Shown piece after piece: positions 40,371 to 49,246 of a stretch of DNA of 64,000 nucleotides. Position 1 is the first letter of the stretch. Each line of letters opens with the position of its first letter. Made by a program: the position numbers and the translations under genes. The stretch covers positions 448,001-512,000 of the forward strand of contig CAWIIP010000001.1 in assembly GCA_963836235.1 (NCBI GenBank), given 5' to 3'. The notes below the pieces were generated by a model. The model was not told the DNA's origin, ran no database searches, and was given only the letters and a program-made list of their open reading frames with translations. This DNA comes from an uncultured Pseudomonadota bacterium (lineage in GTDB: Bacteria; Oederibacteriota; Muellerivitia; Muellerivitales; Muellerivitaceae).

Positions 40371-42584
40371 CTAAATACCCTTTAATCTCAATATGTCCCT
40401 TAACTTCTCCCGGACATCCTCATTGTGGGGTTCTTCGGTCAGGATTCTTTCGTAAATTTTCAGGGCTTCCAGGTAAAGGCCTTGTTTGGCGTAAATCTCA
40501 GCCAAGGTTTGACGGACAAAAGGATCATCCAAGGATTCCTGGGATTCATACTTTGGAGAAGGCGGAGGAGATTGGGCGGAAACGCTTTTAGGCGGCGGGG
40601 ACGTTGGGATGCTTTTCCCTTCCTTCTCTTTTTCAAACCGAAGCCTTTCCATGCCCTGCATAATTTCTTGGTTGATTTTGGCCTTGGCTACTTCCTGTTC
40701 TTTTTTTTGTTCGGTGTATTTCTTTCTTTCCTCTTCCTCCTGGCGCTGCTTCTCCTCCCCCAGCCTTAAAGCCTCTTTTAATTGGACTTCCCGCTCAGTC
40801 CGTTCCTTCAGTTCCTTTTCCACTTGATCACGGATATTGTGCTCAAGTGAATTCTTTGCCGCCTCAAGTTCATTTTGAAGACGGTTGAGGGATTCCGCCC
40901 TTTCTTTTTCAATTTTTTCCCGCTCGAAAGCCAGGCGCCTCTCTTTTTCCTCGAATTCCCTGGTAAACTGTTGTCGCAGTTCCTCTTCTTTGGAACGGTT
41001 AACGTGGGCCAAAATCACGGCTTCGGTTTTTTCTTTCTCAATTCGCTCGCGCTCGGCCGCCAACAGCTTTTGTTTTTCCTCAAACTCATAGGCGATTTTC
41101 TGGCGCAATTCCCCTTCTTTTGATTTTTGTACTTGTTCAAGGAGTTTGGATTCCAATTCCTGCTTCAACCTTATCTGGTCCAACTCTTGTTTATGTTCCA
41201 ATTCACGTTGGCGTTCTTGCGCGGCCCGGGCCTGCTCTTCCAGTTCTTTGCGCATTTGTTCGCGCAGTTCTTTTTCTAATTCGGACTTTATTTCCTCGGC
41301 GGTGGGGTGTTTTTCCGCCGGCTCCATCGCCCGGGCGATTAAGGCGTAAACTTGCTGGAGGCGCATCCGGACCTCCGATGATTGGGGCCACCGCTTCAAC
41401 ATCTCCAAATAAACATCAATCGCTTGTTCGTACAAACCCCGATCCGCGAAAACTTGGGCCTGAACAAGGAAGCCCTGTTGTTCCTCCATTTCCAATTGGG
41501 CTTTTTCCTCAGCCGTTGGTTCGACGGGAGGGGGTAAATCAGGAGAAACTTCTGCCACAAAGACATTTTGGTCCAATGGATACTTTGCCACCATTTCATT
41601 ACTTGGATCTAATTCGAGGATGGTTTGCCGAACTTCACGGGCTTCATCCAGAAGATTTTCATTAAAATAGACGTCCAAAATTCTCAAATAGGCAAGAACG
41701 GCTTCGGGCGTCTGATTCAGGCGCAAATAAGTAAGGGCCAGGTATTTCAAGGCACCCACATGACCTTCCTGTAGTTGCAGGAATTTTTCAAAAGAAGCGC
41801 GGCTTTCCGGGTATTTCTGTTGGTTAAAAAAAATGACGCCCAAATGGTATTGGGTGCTTGGATCGCCTAATTCGATCGCCTTTTGAGCCGCGGTTTCCGC
41901 CTTTAAAAAATCATTTTTACTGATATAAATTTCTATCAAATCTTGGAGGCTTTTCACCGCCGCGGATGTCTGTTTCGCCTTGATAAAAAGGCCAATCATT
42001 TTTTCCCGGGCCTCAATGTTCAAGGGATCCAGCTCGGTGGCCGCCTGTAAAACCTCAACCAGCTTCCCGGTTTGAGTTTCCTCATCCAAGTTAGATGCGA
42101 GGTTCATGAGGGCTTCCACGCCTTCGAATTTTTGTCCCTTTTTGGCGAGGAGTTTTGCGAATGGAATATTCGCGTCGATCCGGTTTGGTTCGGCCTTCAA
42201 AACCGATCGGTAGATTTCAATGGCTTTGTCCGGTTCCGTTTCCTCCAATTGAGTGGCGCGCGAAAGATATTTATCAATTAGATTTTTGACGGCATTCAAC
42301 AACTCGGGATCATTCGGAAGAAACTTCAGCATCCGCTTGTAAACTTGGAGGACTTTATCGACTTGGTTCTTTTGGTCGTACCCTTGGGCCACCAGGTCAT
42401 ACTGTTGGAGGGCTTCCTGGGCATCGCCCTTTTTGGCGTAAATGTCAGCAAGCATATTGTGGACGTTTAGGTCCTTGGTATCTAACTCGGCTAGTTTGTG
42501 ATATTCCTCAATTGCCCTATCCCAATCACCTTTTTGGTAATAGGAATAGGCCGTCTTAATGAGTACGGTTTTATCTTCAGACAC
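40371..42584 (-). CDS. Large TPR protein with a charged coiled-coil region and a terminal TPR
   Basis: Repeated TPR helices (LADIYAKKGD, YHLGVIFFNQQKY), E/K/R/Q-rich middle, C-terminal TLAEIYAKQGLYLEALKIYERIL. Confidence 0.85.
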   Translation of the reverse strand: MSEDKTVLIKTAYSYYQKGDWDRAIEEYHKLAELDTKDLNVHNMLADIYAKKGDAQEALQQYDLVAQGYDQKNQVDKVLQVYKRMLKFLPNDPELLNAVKNLIDKYLSRATQLEETEPDKAIEIYRSVLKAEPNRIDANIPFAKLLAKKGQKFEGVEALMNLASNLDEETQTGKLVEVLQAATELDPLNIEAREKMIGLFIKAKQTSAAVKSLQDLIEIYISKNDFLKAETAAQKAIELGDPSTQYHLGVIFFNQQKYPESRASFEKFLQLQEGHVGALKYLALTYLRLNQTPEAVLAYLRILDVYFNENLLDEAREVRQTILELDPSNEMVAKYPLDQNVFVAEVSPDLPPPVEPTAEEKAQLEMEEQQGFLVQAQVFADRGLYEQAIDVYLEMLKRWPQSSEVRMRLQQVYALIARAMEPAEKHPTAEEIKSELEKELREQMRKELEEQARAAQERQRELEHKQELDQIRLKQELESKLLEQVQKSKEGELRQKIAYEFEEKQKLLAAERERIEKEKTEAVILAHVNRSKEEELRQQFTREFEEKERRLAFEREKIEKERAESLNRLQNELEAAKNSLEHNIRDQVEKELKERTEREVQLKEALRLGEEKQRQEEEERKKYTEQKKEQEVAKAKINQEIMQGMERLRFEKEKEGKSIPTSPPPKSVSAQSPPPSPKYESQESLDDPFVRQTLAEIYAKQGLYLEALKIYERILTEEPHNEDVREKLRDILRLKGI

Positions 42585-42737
42585 CGGGGCAGGACTCCTT
42601 CAAGGAAAACTGTTAACAGGGCGCGGGAAAAGTATTACTAAACGCCCTGTCAAACCAGGTGAAATGCAATTTAACATACCCTTTTTGCTAGACCAAGGGC
42701 TTTGTCCTGAAGGTTTTGGGCGGTTGGGTTCCGCCGG

Positions 42738-45632
42738 TTATTTTGCGGGCGTCATTTCAATGCAAGTAATGGAATAAGGAGGGAAAGTGTATTCAAAGCG
42801 TCCCTTCACCACCTTGGAACCTTTTAAATGGGCGGGTCCAGAGTCGATGACCGCCCGGTAAAGATTCTCGCTCCATTGGTACTCTTTGGAACTCAATTCG
42901 TAAAAGTCTAAATGAAACTTATTTTTGAGGGGTGAGCCGAGATTGATGGCCGTTTGGAAGGCGTATTTCGGCGTTTTATTGATCACCAAAAGGTATTTTT
43001 TTCCTTCACCGGAACTGGCATAGGCGGAAAGCTCATCGGAATCGGAGACCGCTTGGAAAAGCGTGGTCCCAAAATAGTGCTCCATCATATAGAGAGCCCA
43101 ATAATGTGCCCTTGGAGCGAAAGGATGTTGCGGATCGTTGTTGGGGTCAATCATACCGTGTCCCCCGCCCTGTCCAGGCTTCTCGGTAAACATATCCCAA
43201 ATATTGGTTTGATTCACTCCCCAAACCATCATTTGAGCCAGATAATCGGCGCAAAAGATTCCGTTGATGAGTTTGGCCGTAGCGGGAACTTCGTCGCCCG
43301 AATTCCACTCGCTGACGGCGATTTCAATTTTATCCGCGCGGTCTGGAATGTTTTTGGCAATGGCTTCCCTGATTTTCGGGATGTATTCGGCCCAAAGACT
43401 TGTCTTGGATAAGAGGTTGGAGTCGCTGTCATTGCTCCAATAGGGATAAGTGTGAATTGAAACGACATCTACATAAGGTCCGCATTCTTCTAAGAACTTT
43501 TCTACCCACCAAGGCGCGGTTTCAGGCGCCAGCCAGGGAGAACCCTCTTTTCTTTCATGGTTCTGGAATTGAGCGGGGGTCGGTCCCATGATTTTGATGT
43601 CCGGGTATTTAGCCTTAATGGCTTTTGCGAATTCAATAAAATGCTGGCAATAATTGTCGATGACTGTCCAATATTGAGTCTGGCCGTTGTACTGCATGTC
43701 CGCCTCATAATCCGGCTCGTTTCCCAATTCGACATATTTGACCTTAAGGCCTTGGGCTTTGGCGTCCGCGATCCAATCGAGGGTATTCTGGACGTCCATG
43801 GTCATGATATTGGCGATATAGAGGAACTCCCCGTTAGGAAGCCGTTTAATGAAATCAACCATTTGTGGCCAACCAAAAGGCCAAACAGTTTGAACGGTCT
43901 TTCCGTCCTTTTGAAGGGATGAGCTGGTCTTCCACTGCCAGATGTTTCCGTACTCCCCGCCCGGAATTCGGACATAGGAGGTGATATCCGTCATTTCCTT
44001 CATAGCCGTGGGGTCCGTAAACCACTTAGGATCATGCCAAGCGGCGATATTGTTTCCAAACATATAATGGCGATTGATTGTCCGGATTTTTTTATCGAAG
44101 AAAACATCCACGGCAGCCCTTTTCACCAAAGACGTTTCGGGTTCCAAAGCCACCGCCCAATTGTTTGCCTTTGAAGCGGAAACAGTGACGCTCTCTTTAT
44201 CAAGTTTGTACCCAGGCGCGAAAACTTCAGCCGTATAGCTGTCTTCGGGTAAATCCATCTTGAAAGAACCGGCGTCGTCGGCCGTCACTAGTTTTTTGGC
44301 GATGGCCACTTGGGCGCCCGGAATAGGGTTCCCGGTGGTTTTGTTGGTGACTTTCCCTGACAAAGAGGTTGCGGCGCCTTTCATAATCCCACGAATGTTA
44401 TCCAAAACCACCGAACCGACAATGGGTCCGCCCGAATTGAAAACGAGATAAACCTTGTTCACTCCACCTTTAAACTGGGTTGAATCCACATCCTCCTTCA
44501 TGTGATTCCAGCCTTCCCGCATTTTCATCTTGATCTCATTCCAACTATTGGCCGGGCTCTGCGTAATGATGTAAAGTTCCCCGTAACCAGCCTTGGCCAA
44601 ACTCCCCTTGGGATAGTAAATATCAAAAGTAATCGCTTTAAAATTTTCCCACTTATCCCCCATGGGCACGGCGGAACAGATCGCTAAGCTTTGGTTCCAA
44701 CCTTGAGACCCATCGGTATCAATTCGCAAAGCTCCGGTTCCCTCGGTTACGGTCGTGGCTTCGGGTGACACCTTTCCTTCAAAACCACCGACATCACCAT
44801 TAAAACCCCAAATTAAAACACCCTCTGTAGAAGCCTCTTTCTTGCCAACTGTGGGATCCATCTCAGTAGATTGAGACCCCGGCATAGCTTGTTTGGGGGC
44901 GGTATTCGCATACACCGTCTGGCCGTTGAATTGAAGGGTTCCCCAACCGGATGGGTCCTGCCAGCTTTTGTCGCTTTGGGACCAGGATAATTGAAGTGTC
45001 CGGGTCTTCCCCGTAGCGCCCACGTCGTCTAAAGCTACATCAAACCCAATGGTTTTACCGGGCCCCACATTAATCTTATAAAAAAAGGAAAGGGGGATGG
45101 AAACTTCCATCGTATATCCTGTTTTGGTCATCTTAGTGGCGATCTTGGCGTTCGGAATATCCGCTTGGTCGGTCATGCTGTAAACTTCAGCCCCGTCTCC
45201 ATTCTTTCCGGGCGAGATAACAAATTGAACATCGGTTGGGGAGTAAGCCTTTCTTTCGGGATTAGATAAATCCGTGCCGACATAAAATTCCAATGCGTCA
45301 CCGTTATAGATGTCGCTGGCGTTCATGCTGTTGAATTGGGGATTTTTACTGGTGATATCCGCCCCGATATAAAGATTGGTCTGGTCGTAGGTGAGATAAA
45401 TTCGGGCGCTGGCGATATCAGGCCCGGTCCAATCACCCTGTCCGATAACGACATTTTCTTTTTTATCCAGTGTAATAGCCGGTTGAGCCGTCCAATCAGA
45501 CAAGTCCCCATCGACCTGAATAGGAGTGGCGATGTCGGAAATGGAAACGGTCGGGGCCGCGATAATTTTCGCTGGAAAATAAATCAAAACAGTTGCTAAG
45601 AAAAACCAATGGCACAATTTTAGGATTTTCAT
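42738..45632 (-). CDS. Secreted multimodular clan GH-A glycoside hydrolase (CBM9-like + CBM-like + carboxypeptidase-regulatory-like + catalytic domain)
   Basis: Signal peptide; IQVDGDLSDW...YDQTNLYI...GYTMEVSIP (CBM9-like); GKVTNKTTGNPIPGAQV; YVRIPGG, VELGNEPD (acid/base), IAVSEWN (nucleophile). Confidence 0.8.
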   Translation of the reverse strand: MKILKLCHWFFLATVLIYFPAKIIAAPTVSISDIATPIQVDGDLSDWTAQPAITLDKKENVVIGQGDWTGPDIASARIYLTYDQTNLYIGADITSKNPQFNSMNASDIYNGDALEFYVGTDLSNPERKAYSPTDVQFVISPGKNGDGAEVYSMTDQADIPNAKIATKMTKTGYTMEVSIPLSFFYKINVGPGKTIGFDVALDDVGATGKTRTLQLSWSQSDKSWQDPSGWGTLQFNGQTVYANTAPKQAMPGSQSTEMDPTVGKKEASTEGVLIWGFNGDVGGFEGKVSPEATTVTEGTGALRIDTDGSQGWNQSLAICSAVPMGDKWENFKAITFDIYYPKGSLAKAGYGELYIITQSPANSWNEIKMKMREGWNHMKEDVDSTQFKGGVNKVYLVFNSGGPIVGSVVLDNIRGIMKGAATSLSGKVTNKTTGNPIPGAQVAIAKKLVTADDAGSFKMDLPEDSYTAEVFAPGYKLDKESVTVSASKANNWAVALEPETSLVKRAAVDVFFDKKIRTINRHYMFGNNIAAWHDPKWFTDPTAMKEMTDITSYVRIPGGEYGNIWQWKTSSSLQKDGKTVQTVWPFGWPQMVDFIKRLPNGEFLYIANIMTMDVQNTLDWIADAKAQGLKVKYVELGNEPDYEADMQYNGQTQYWTVIDNYCQHFIEFAKAIKAKYPDIKIMGPTPAQFQNHERKEGSPWLAPETAPWWVEKFLEECGPYVDVVSIHTYPYWSNDSDSNLLSKTSLWAEYIPKIREAIAKNIPDRADKIEIAVSEWNSGDEVPATAKLINGIFCADYLAQMMVWGVNQTNIWDMFTEKPGQGGGHGMIDPNNDPQHPFAPRAHYWALYMMEHYFGTTLFQAVSDSDELSAYASSGEGKKYLLVINKTPKYAFQTAINLGSPLKNKFHLDFYELSSKEYQWSENLYRAVIDSGPAHLKGSKVVKGRFEYTFPPYSITCIEMTPAK

Positions 45633-45743
45633 AGGAAGGTTTCCTTTTTTCGGGTTGGGTTCGAGTAGCAGGCATTTATAACATCAATCCCAAGGGCCTT
45701 CAACGCCTTTTCGGAATGTTTGGGCTCAGCAAAAAAGCGCTTT

Positions 45744-46784
45744 TTAGCTTTTTTGATTGTGGGAGTTTTTTAAATAATAGCCACAACTTTCACGTACTAC
45801 CAATTTGGTGGGGAAAAACCGGTGAGTGTATTCAAGGGGCCGTTTTTCAATTTGGGTCCAAAGCATTTTGGCGGCCTCATAACCCATGTCAAAAGCCGGT
45901 TGATGGACTGTTGTTAAATTATTGTCATTGGAGATGTCATCAAACCCGACGACGGCGACATCTTGTGGAACCCTTATACCTTGTTTGCGGAGTTGGCGGA
46001 TAGCTCCTAATGCCATGATATCACTGGAACCTATTATGGCCGTGGGAGGATGTTTGGTTTTCCAAAAGGCTTCAACCGCTTTGGCGCCAGCTTGTTCAGT
46101 CCAGTTACCGAAATAAACATGTTCCTCATGAAACGGAAGATTTCTTTTTTTAAGGATATATTTGAACGCATTAAACCGATCCAGCGAATTTTTAGAATAC
46201 TGGACATCACCCGCAATAAAGCCAATATGTTTGTGATCCAAAGAGACAAGGTGATCCACTACATCGATGATTCCTTGAGTATTCAAACAATCGACAAAAC
46301 AAACATCCGGATCATTGACCTGGTAATTCACCAATACATAAGGCAAGGCGCCTTGTTTAAGATCCTGGAAAAAGCGAGATTCAACTGGAGGCGCGATCGC
46401 GAGGACTCCGTCCACAAGACCGGAATTGATGAAATTCGCGTAAATGCCTTCGTTCTGGACTTGCCTGCTAAATGTGTTCATTAGAATGTTGTAACGTTTA
46501 TCGCTGATATAACTGATAACCCCGTCAAGAACCCGAGTGAGATAGAAATCGGTCAAGGACGGCTTTTCATACCAAAAGAAAACAACCCCAATATTAAAAG
46601 TCTTCCGGGTTTTGAGACCCCGGGCCATGCTATTGGGATAATAACCAAGTTCTTTTAGGATTTTCTCAATTCTTTGTTGAGTTTTAACACCCACCTTGTG
46701 AATGTCTTTTTGATTCACGACTCTCGAAACAGTCGCGACAGATACCCCGGCTTTTTGGGCAACATCTTTAATGGTAATTGCCAT
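45744..46784 (-). CDS. LacI-family transcriptional regulator
   Basis: TIKDVAQKAGVSVATVSRVVN, YYPNSMARGL, VPQDVAVVGFDD, LVVRES. Confidence 0.96.
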   Translation of the reverse strand: MAITIKDVAQKAGVSVATVSRVVNQKDIHKVGVKTQQRIEKILKELGYYPNSMARGLKTRKTFNIGVVFFWYEKPSLTDFYLTRVLDGVISYISDKRYNILMNTFSRQVQNEGIYANFINSGLVDGVLAIAPPVESRFFQDLKQGALPYVLVNYQVNDPDVCFVDCLNTQGIIDVVDHLVSLDHKHIGFIAGDVQYSKNSLDRFNAFKYILKKRNLPFHEEHVYFGNWTEQAGAKAVEAFWKTKHPPTAIIGSSDIMALGAIRQLRKQGIRVPQDVAVVGFDDISNDNNLTTVHQPAFDMGYEAAKMLWTQIEKRPLEYTHRFFPTKLVVRESCGYYLKNSHNQKS

Positions 46785-46869
46785 TTAGTTTCGCCTCTGG
46801 TTTTTAAATACTAAATTCTTTGGTCATTATAATCTTTATTCAACCCAAAGCCCCAATAACTTTTTACAC

Positions 46870-47439
46870 TTACTTCACCACTTTAACTTTTAACATTTTA
46901 TCGCCTTTTCGGAGTTTCAGAACATTGTCCATTCCATCTAAAACTTGGCCAAAAACAGTGTAACCATTGTCCAAAAAATAGGAGTCAGCCAAGCAAATAT
47001 AAAATTGGCAGGAGGCGGAATTGGGATTCTGCGACCGAGCCATTCCCAAAGCCCCCTTAACATGTTTATGATCCGTGATTTCCAAAGGAACCGTTTTATT
47101 CGATCCCCCCATTCCAGTTCCCGTGGGATCACCGCCTTGAATAACAAAGTTGGGTTCATACCGGTGAAAAATCAGGTCGTTGTAAAAACCCGCGGAAACC
47201 AAGCTGATAAAGTTTTCCGCATGAGCCTTCACATCGGAAAAAATCTCCGTTGTAAAAATTCCCTGAGTTGTTTCAAAATGCACTTTTTGATTTACAGGAC
47301 TTTTTTTACTGACTGGTTTAGCTTTTTTCTTTTTTTTCTTCATTTTTTCTCCCGATATTATCGCAGGTCGAAACCATCCAACCGTAAAAAAAACCACTGT
47401 AGAAGAAATCATAATAACGGAGACTCTTACAACCGTCAT
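46870..47439 (-). CDS. Cyclophilin-type peptidyl-prolyl isomerase
   Basis: FYNDLIFHR..FVIQGGDP, GMAR..PNSASCQFYI, YTVFGQV; start uncertain (ATG at 47343 has a GGGAG RBS). Confidence 0.92.
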   Translation of the reverse strand: MTVVRVSVIMISSTVVFFTVGWFRPAIISGEKMKKKKKKAKPVSKKSPVNQKVHFETTQGIFTTEIFSDVKAHAENFISLVSAGFYNDLIFHRYEPNFVIQGGDPTGTGMGGSNKTVPLEITDHKHVKGALGMARSQNPNSASCQFYICLADSYFLDNGYTVFGQVLDGMDNVLKLRKGDKMLKVKVVK

Positions 47440-47544
47440 CTCACTTTCAAAAATTATATGTCATTGATAGACTCATTCAAACTCTCCGGAACGTACTCAA
47501 GGTGAAAAATGACACCTTTTACTTTAATTACGGTTCTTCCTTTC

Positions 47545-47573
47545 TTGACTTCCCAAGCCTCGTCCCCTAGAAT
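47545..47573 (+). promoter_or_regulatory. Putative sigma70 promoter for tRNA-Glu / argC
   Basis: TTGACT-17 nt-TAGAAT. Confidence 0.75.
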
Positions 47574-47610
47574 TTGCTCTCTTTTAAAGGGCTTTTTCAA
47601 AAATCTAGTC

Positions 47611-47686
47611 GACCCCATCGTCTAGAGGCCTAGGACACCGGGTTTTCATCCCGGTAACACGGGTTCGACTCCCGTTGGGGTCGCCA
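47611..47686 (+). tRNA. tRNA-Glu(TTC)
   Basis: GACCCCATCGTCTAGAGGCCTAGGAC, anticodon arm CCGGG-TTTTCAT-CCCGG, CCA end. Confidence 0.96.
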
Positions 47687-47763
47687 ATTACAAGTGGAAA
47701 TTCCAGGAATCTCTAAAGCGGTTGTAAACCCCACCTAAACATAATTAAAAAAGTGAGGATGAT

Positions 47764-48819
47764 ATGATTCGAGCGGGCATTTACGGTGCCACTGGATATA
47801 TGGGTGGCGAGGTTTTGCGGGTACTCATGGATCATCCGGAAGTTGAAATTGCCTGGGCCACCAGCCGAAGCGAAGCCCAAGTCGCCGATTATCACCCAAA
47901 TTTATTTGGTACCGATATTCAGTTTATTCGTCCTGAACACGTTACCCCTTGTGATGTTGTTTTTATGGCGCTTCCTACCGGCGTTCCAATGGAATTAGCT
48001 CCTAAATTTTTAAAAGAAGGAGCCAAAGTCATTGATTTGGGGTCGGATTTCCGTTTGAACGATCGATCGGCTTGGGAAAAGGTCTACAAGAAAAAGCATA
48101 AAAGCTGGAACCTCGCCAAGGAAGCGGTTTATGGGATTTCAGAATTGCACCGGGATGAAATAAAAAAGGCACGCGTTATCGCCAATCCCGGTTGCTTCGC
48201 TTCCGCCGCCATTTTAGGTCTCGCCCCTCTTGTTAAAGCCAATTTGATTGATACACAAAAAATCGCCGTCGACGGTCTTTCAGGAACAGCCGGGATTGGA
48301 GCGGATCTTTCGAGACCCGCGCACCATGCGGAAATCGGAAACAACCTAATTCCTTATAATGTAGTTGGGCACCGCCATACTTTTGAAGCCGAACAAGAAT
48401 TAAGCATTCTTGCGAAGAAAAAAGTAAAAATTGGTTTTACTCCGGTATATGTTCCGATCGTTCGCGGTATTTTGGATATCTGCCATTCTTTCCCCAAACG
48501 CAAGGTTACTCGGAAACAACTAATGGAACTTTACAAGGAATTTTACAAGAAGGAGTATTTCGTAAAAGTTTACGATTTACCTAAAGAAGAAAGTGCGTCC
48601 TGGCAATACAAACCTTACCCTTGGGTGAACAGCGTATCTGGAACCAATTTCTGTTTTATCGGCCTAGATGTGGATGAAGACCGGGGACGAATCGTGGTTT
48701 TCAGTGTTCTGGATAGCATCGGCAAAGGCGGATCGCACGTCGGGGTTCAGAATATGAACCTCATGTTTGGTCTGGATGAAAAAACCGGATTAACTCGCCG
48801 CGGGTTGCATCCGATCTGA
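47764..48819 (+). CDS. argC: N-acetyl-gamma-glutamyl-phosphate reductase family (ArgC/LysY), divergent
   Basis: GATGYMG, FMALP, VIDLGSDFRL, YGISELHR, ANPGCF (catalytic Cys), HRH..E. Confidence 0.8.
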   Translation: MIRAGIYGATGYMGGEVLRVLMDHPEVEIAWATSRSEAQVADYHPNLFGTDIQFIRPEHVTPCDVVFMALPTGVPMELAPKFLKEGAKVIDLGSDFRLNDRSAWEKVYKKKHKSWNLAKEAVYGISELHRDEIKKARVIANPGCFASAAILGLAPLVKANLIDTQKIAVDGLSGTAGIGADLSRPAHHAEIGNNLIPYNVVGHRHTFEAEQELSILAKKKVKIGFTPVYVPIVRGILDICHSFPKRKVTRKQLMELYKEFYKKEYFVKVYDLPKEESASWQYKPYPWVNSVSGTNFCFIGLDVDEDRGRIVVFSVLDSIGKGGSHVGVQNMNLMFGLDEKTGLTRRGLHPI

Positions 48820-48846
48820 TTATTTCTAGGTTATTTCCTAAAAGTT

Positions 48847-49236
48847 TTAGCGCTCCTCGCCCCAATCGATCTTTTCTATTTCCGCGTACAGAAACCCGTC
48901 TTTTTCCAAGATTGGAACTTGGTATAAAGAAGCTCCGCCACAAGGTCCACTTTCACATTGTCCGGTTACCGGGTGATAAAGTGCGCCATGATTTTTACAA
49001 ACAATCCATTCGGAATCTTCTGAAAAAAAATCATTGTCATCAAAATCAAGTCCCACTGTCCAATGACGGCAGAGATTCAGATAAGCGTGATAGTTGTTTT
49101 TTATTTTGATTAAAAACGCTTCGGTTTTACGATCAGGACGCTGGAGAATAAATTTTTTGGATTGTCCATTTTTCAAATCGTGAACAGACCCAATTTTCAA
49201 GAGTTTTAATTTTTTTTCAGGCATTAAAATCTTCAC
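48847..49236 (-). CDS. Rieske [2Fe-2S] ferredoxin
   Basis: NLCRH...VCKNHGALY (CxH / CxxH) plus GQCESGPC. Confidence 0.9.
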   Translation of the reverse strand: MKILMPEKKLKLLKIGSVHDLKNGQSKKFILQRPDRKTEAFLIKIKNNYHAYLNLCRHWTVGLDFDDNDFFSEDSEWIVCKNHGALYHPVTGQCESGPCGGASLYQVPILEKDGFLYAEIEKIDWGEER

Positions 49237-49246
49237 TCCCTATTTA

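Noticed and set aside
42613-42653. Inverted repeat TTAACAGGGCG...CGCCCTGTCAA upstream of the TPR gene as a terminator or promoter
   Set aside because: Long loop, no U-tract, and no -10 at a suitable distance from the TTGACA; function cannot be supported.
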